DNA of 61,030 nucleotides, filler included, from Porpidia crustulata (Eukaryota): NCBI GenBank assembly GCA_964255105.1. It is 9 parts of 9 records of this genome, joined end to end, with 100 filler letters (N's around TTAATTAATTAA, not from the genome) between each part and the next. Parts side by side here need not be neighbours in the genome. Positions count along the whole stretch, not along the records: positions 54,354 to 61,030 come from CAXUWE010001481.1; 8 more parts are not named here. One strand, 5' to 3'. Shown piece by piece: positions 57,956 to 61,030 of this stretch (position 1 is its first letter; each line of letters starts with the position of its first letter). The notes under the pieces were generated by a model. It saw only the letters and a program-made list of their open reading frames with translations, ran no database searches and was not told where the DNA came from. The position numbers and the translations under genes were made by a program.

Positions 57956-60764
57956 ATGGCAGATTATGATAGGAGGAATGGTTCGAGCAACTCCTATCGA
58001 GGAGGACACAGTAATCGTAAAAGGCGATATAGGGGTAAGGCATGGGTGGACACCCAGTCGTCGCACAGCTAACATGTGTCGTCAGACGACGAAGACTACG
58101 ACCGCCGCCCACAGAGGCGAAGATATGAGGAGCCGTTGCATATCAAAGTGCGAAAGCAATTACTTGGAATTGCCGAATCGGTAAACCCAATGTCTACCAA
58201 AAATGCGGATAACATTCTAAATTCCCAACAGCCGTTAAGGAAGCCAGAGGAGGAAATACGTACAATTGCGAAACTTGTTGCCGAGGGATACGATGACGAT
58301 GAGCTTCGCGGCACTTTTCTTGGCCTCGCCCTCCAGCTGTATGTTCTCATGAATGCCTGTGAATACATACCTCTAATGCCACACTAGGGTCGTTGAGCAA
58401 CCTATGAAGATACCTTTTGTCGCCGCTATTATACTCGTCGCAAATTCACAAAAGCCCGATATAGCCGATGAAGTTCTAATAAGAGCTGTTGCGGCTATGC
58501 ACGAGCATCTGGACGCTGGTGCTTGGCGTGAAGTCAAGCTCGTCCTCCGATTACTAGCCTGTCTACAGGGCCTGCTGGAAGGGGATGGGGTATATCCGGT
58601 CTTGGAAGAGCTGTTCTCGAGAGCTGTGGACTTACAGACAGCATCCTCAGAAGACGTAAGTTTGGCACAATACCTGGGTCCGACACTGAGCTGAATCTTT
58701 TGCCCGCAGAGTCTAGGTTTAGAACTTGTCAAGATTATTCTTCTGACCATTCCGTATGTCATGGCCTCCTCTGCGACTGGCTTCGAGAGCCATGCGCTAG
58801 CACTGCTAGATAAGACGGATATTATTGCTTCTACCCCCCATGCTTTAGAAGCTCTAGTGGACCCCTATCCTGGCAATGGGCAGGAAAATGGTCATGAGGC
58901 TCAAAGCATCATTGCTCTGCTACAAAGGCAGCTTCAAGGCGAGGCCGGGAAGGCTTGGGAATTGGCATGTATTCCGCGCGCTTGGAAAGTTCCAAAAGAA
59001 GCAGACGGAAAAGTTCCGTTAGCCTCATCGACGAAGCATACATTACCTGATATCAATGTGCCTTCACCAGCACCTGCCGGAGATCGCCCTCGCCTTCCTG
59101 AGATTTACTTTTCCGTCTACGCAGACCAGGATATTGAAACAGTTCCTCCACTTTCTAATATAGCATCATTGATTTTCCGAGACTCGTTGATCGATACGAT
59201 CAATATCCTGGATTACAATCGAAATGCTACAGCCAAGTTCCTGATTGACCTGGATTGCTACTTCGCTCCAAATTCCTTCGTGAAGCGGGGCACACCTTTT
59301 GATAGGCTCCGGGACGTTGAAGGAGATCAATCTACCTGGAAGCCTGAGGATGTCGTTGTTGATGCCGTATTCTCACAATTATTCCAACTACCAAGCCCAG
59401 ATCACAAACTTGTATACTATCACTCGGTCTTGACTGAGTCTTGCAAGATTGCGCCGGCCGCAATTGCCCCTAGTCTGGGACGAGCAATAAGATATTTGTA
59501 TAAGAATATCGACGCTATGGACTTGGAACTGGAATATAGATTCATGGACTGGTTTTCCCATCATTTGAGTAATTTTGGGTTTACCTGGAAGTGGACCGAG
59601 TGGTAAGATACTTGATACCACTGGGCGATAGTAGCTAATTCTCATTCAGGGTGGACGACGTAGAGCTCCCCTTCGTACATCCAAAGAAGGCCTTTATGGT
59701 GGGAGCGTTGGAAAAAGAAATTCGACTCAGCTTTGCTCAGCGAATCAAAGGAACTCTTCCGGAGCCCTACCAACCCCTCATCGCAGAAGCGAAGGAAAAG
59801 GACACTCCCGACTTCAGGTATAACTCCGATCGTAAGTGAATCCTTTCCATTATTTACAGATGTATTCTTAATAGCCCATCTAGAAGTCCCCTACAGTGCG
59901 CCCGCTCGTGAGATCCTCCGTCTCCTCCGCTCAAAAGCTCCTGATACGGAGCTCGCCCCCTATCTTGACGACATCGAGTCCACAGCCTCCTCCCTCTCCG
60001 TTCCTCACCCCCTCGTTCCCTCCACTGACGCTTACGTCACAGCCATCTGCTTCCTAGGCTCTAAATCTCTCTCCCATGTCCTTAGCTGCATTGAGCGCTG
60101 CAAGGAACGCTTACTCGGCATTGGAGCCAAGAGCGAAACTGCGAGGCGCCAGATCATTAGCAGCGTTATGGCGTATTGGGCCGAGAAACCCGGCGTGGGC
60201 GTGAATATGGTGGATAAGCTACTGAACTACACAATCCTAACCCCCATGACAGTCATCGAATGGGCCCTCATCGAAAACATCGGCCGCGGGGAAATCCTCA
60301 CTCAGGCTCACATCTACGAAATGGTAGCCAGCACCATGCACAAAGTTACCAACCGCGTGCGCCAGATCGTCACGGCGCGCAACCAGCCGGATCTGCCCAG
60401 CGATCAAGTTGCTGTCCTGGACGAAACCCTGACAAAGGAACGCGCTGAGATGCAGAACCTTTTCGCAGTCGTCGAGGGCGCGCTCGCCGGCGTGGCAGAC
60501 GGCAGCGTGGACGCCATGGCCGAGAGCAGAAATCAAGATGAAGAGGGTGAGGCGATGCTGCGGGGATGGGGAGGAAGGTGGTTGCGGGTCTTCAGACGAA
60601 AAATGGCGGTGGAGGAGGCGTGGGTCGGCGAAATAATGGCCGCGGCAGCATTGGCCGCCGAGGGGAAAGGGGATGTAGATTCGGCGAAGGCGAATGGGGA
60701 AACGGAGAATGGGGTTAACGGGAACGGGATCGCGCATGCAGCAGAGGAGGATCTGGTACTATGA
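57956..60764 (+). CDS. STO1: Nuclear cap-binding complex large subunit (CBP80/NCBP1); introns 58035-58085, 58181-58231, 58339-58387, 58656-58709, 59603-59649, 59832-59883
   Basis: N-terminal NLS NRKRRYR, EQPMKIPF, WREVKLVLR, DWFSHHLSNFGFTWKWTEW, EKEIRLSFAQRI..TLP, GSKSLSH, DKLLNYTIL. Confidence 0.94.
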
Positions 60765-61030
60765 GGAAGAAGATGGGAACGTAGTCGTACAATCTTGATG
60801 AATTTTCTAGCCTTGTGTTTATTTCTTGTAAGAACAGCAACGCGCAGACGGGGTAACCACGTCGAGGATGGGATTATTTGAGCGGGAGCAGGCAGGCAGC
60901 TTGTAATATCACCTAGATAAGATATCTTCGTTTTCCATCCACCCCAGCCATGCATCTCGAACAGGAAGACTCTTGTGTGCGGTGATAAAAGGTCACCGCC
61001 TGTGCCACCAACACCCTCCGTTCCCGTCAC

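Noticed and set aside
1..61030. tRNA, rRNA, snRNA genes, CRISPR arrays, autonomous transposases
   Set aside because: None recognised by eye; tRNAscan-SE and Infernal would be needed to exclude them formally

Overview
This is eukaryotic DNA from a filamentous ascomycete (Pezizomycotina): short GT-AG introns with CTRAY branch points and fungal housekeeping genes. It is not one locus. Nine contigs (6711, 6703, 6703, 6694, 6692, 6685, 6684, 6681 and 6677 bp, sorted by size) are joined by 100-bp N44-TTAATTAATTAA-N44 spacers, so only neighbours within a contig are meaningful. Recognisable genes are BRX1 (partial), eIF3e/INT6, ARG7/argJ, an M28 peptidase, septin CDC3/AspB, an SDR, EMW1/TTC27 (partial), VPS34 (partial), NSE4, a PTH11-like protein (partial), an M20D amidohydrolase, VMA22/CCDC115, an Arb2-domain protein, a HET-6-like protein, a P-loop sulfotransferase-like protein, a DUF3824-like protein, GSK3 and CBC1/STO1. 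The top candidate for a novel system is in contig 8. Two convergent small genes there, a SesA/HeLo-like helical protein with a premature TGA and a ubiquitin-like protein ending in IRGG-LRI, carry the same C-terminal two-repeat N-x9-N-x-I motif with an identical 29-residue period. This resembles a fungal amyloid-signalling module. Other observations are ~200-bp MITE-like hairpins with covarying arms and G·U-biased mismatches, several decayed spliced gene relics, a GC-AG intron, candidate alternative and micro-exon splicing, and a 950-bp ATG-free GSK3 leader. All family assignments come from motif recognition by eye; no searches were run.
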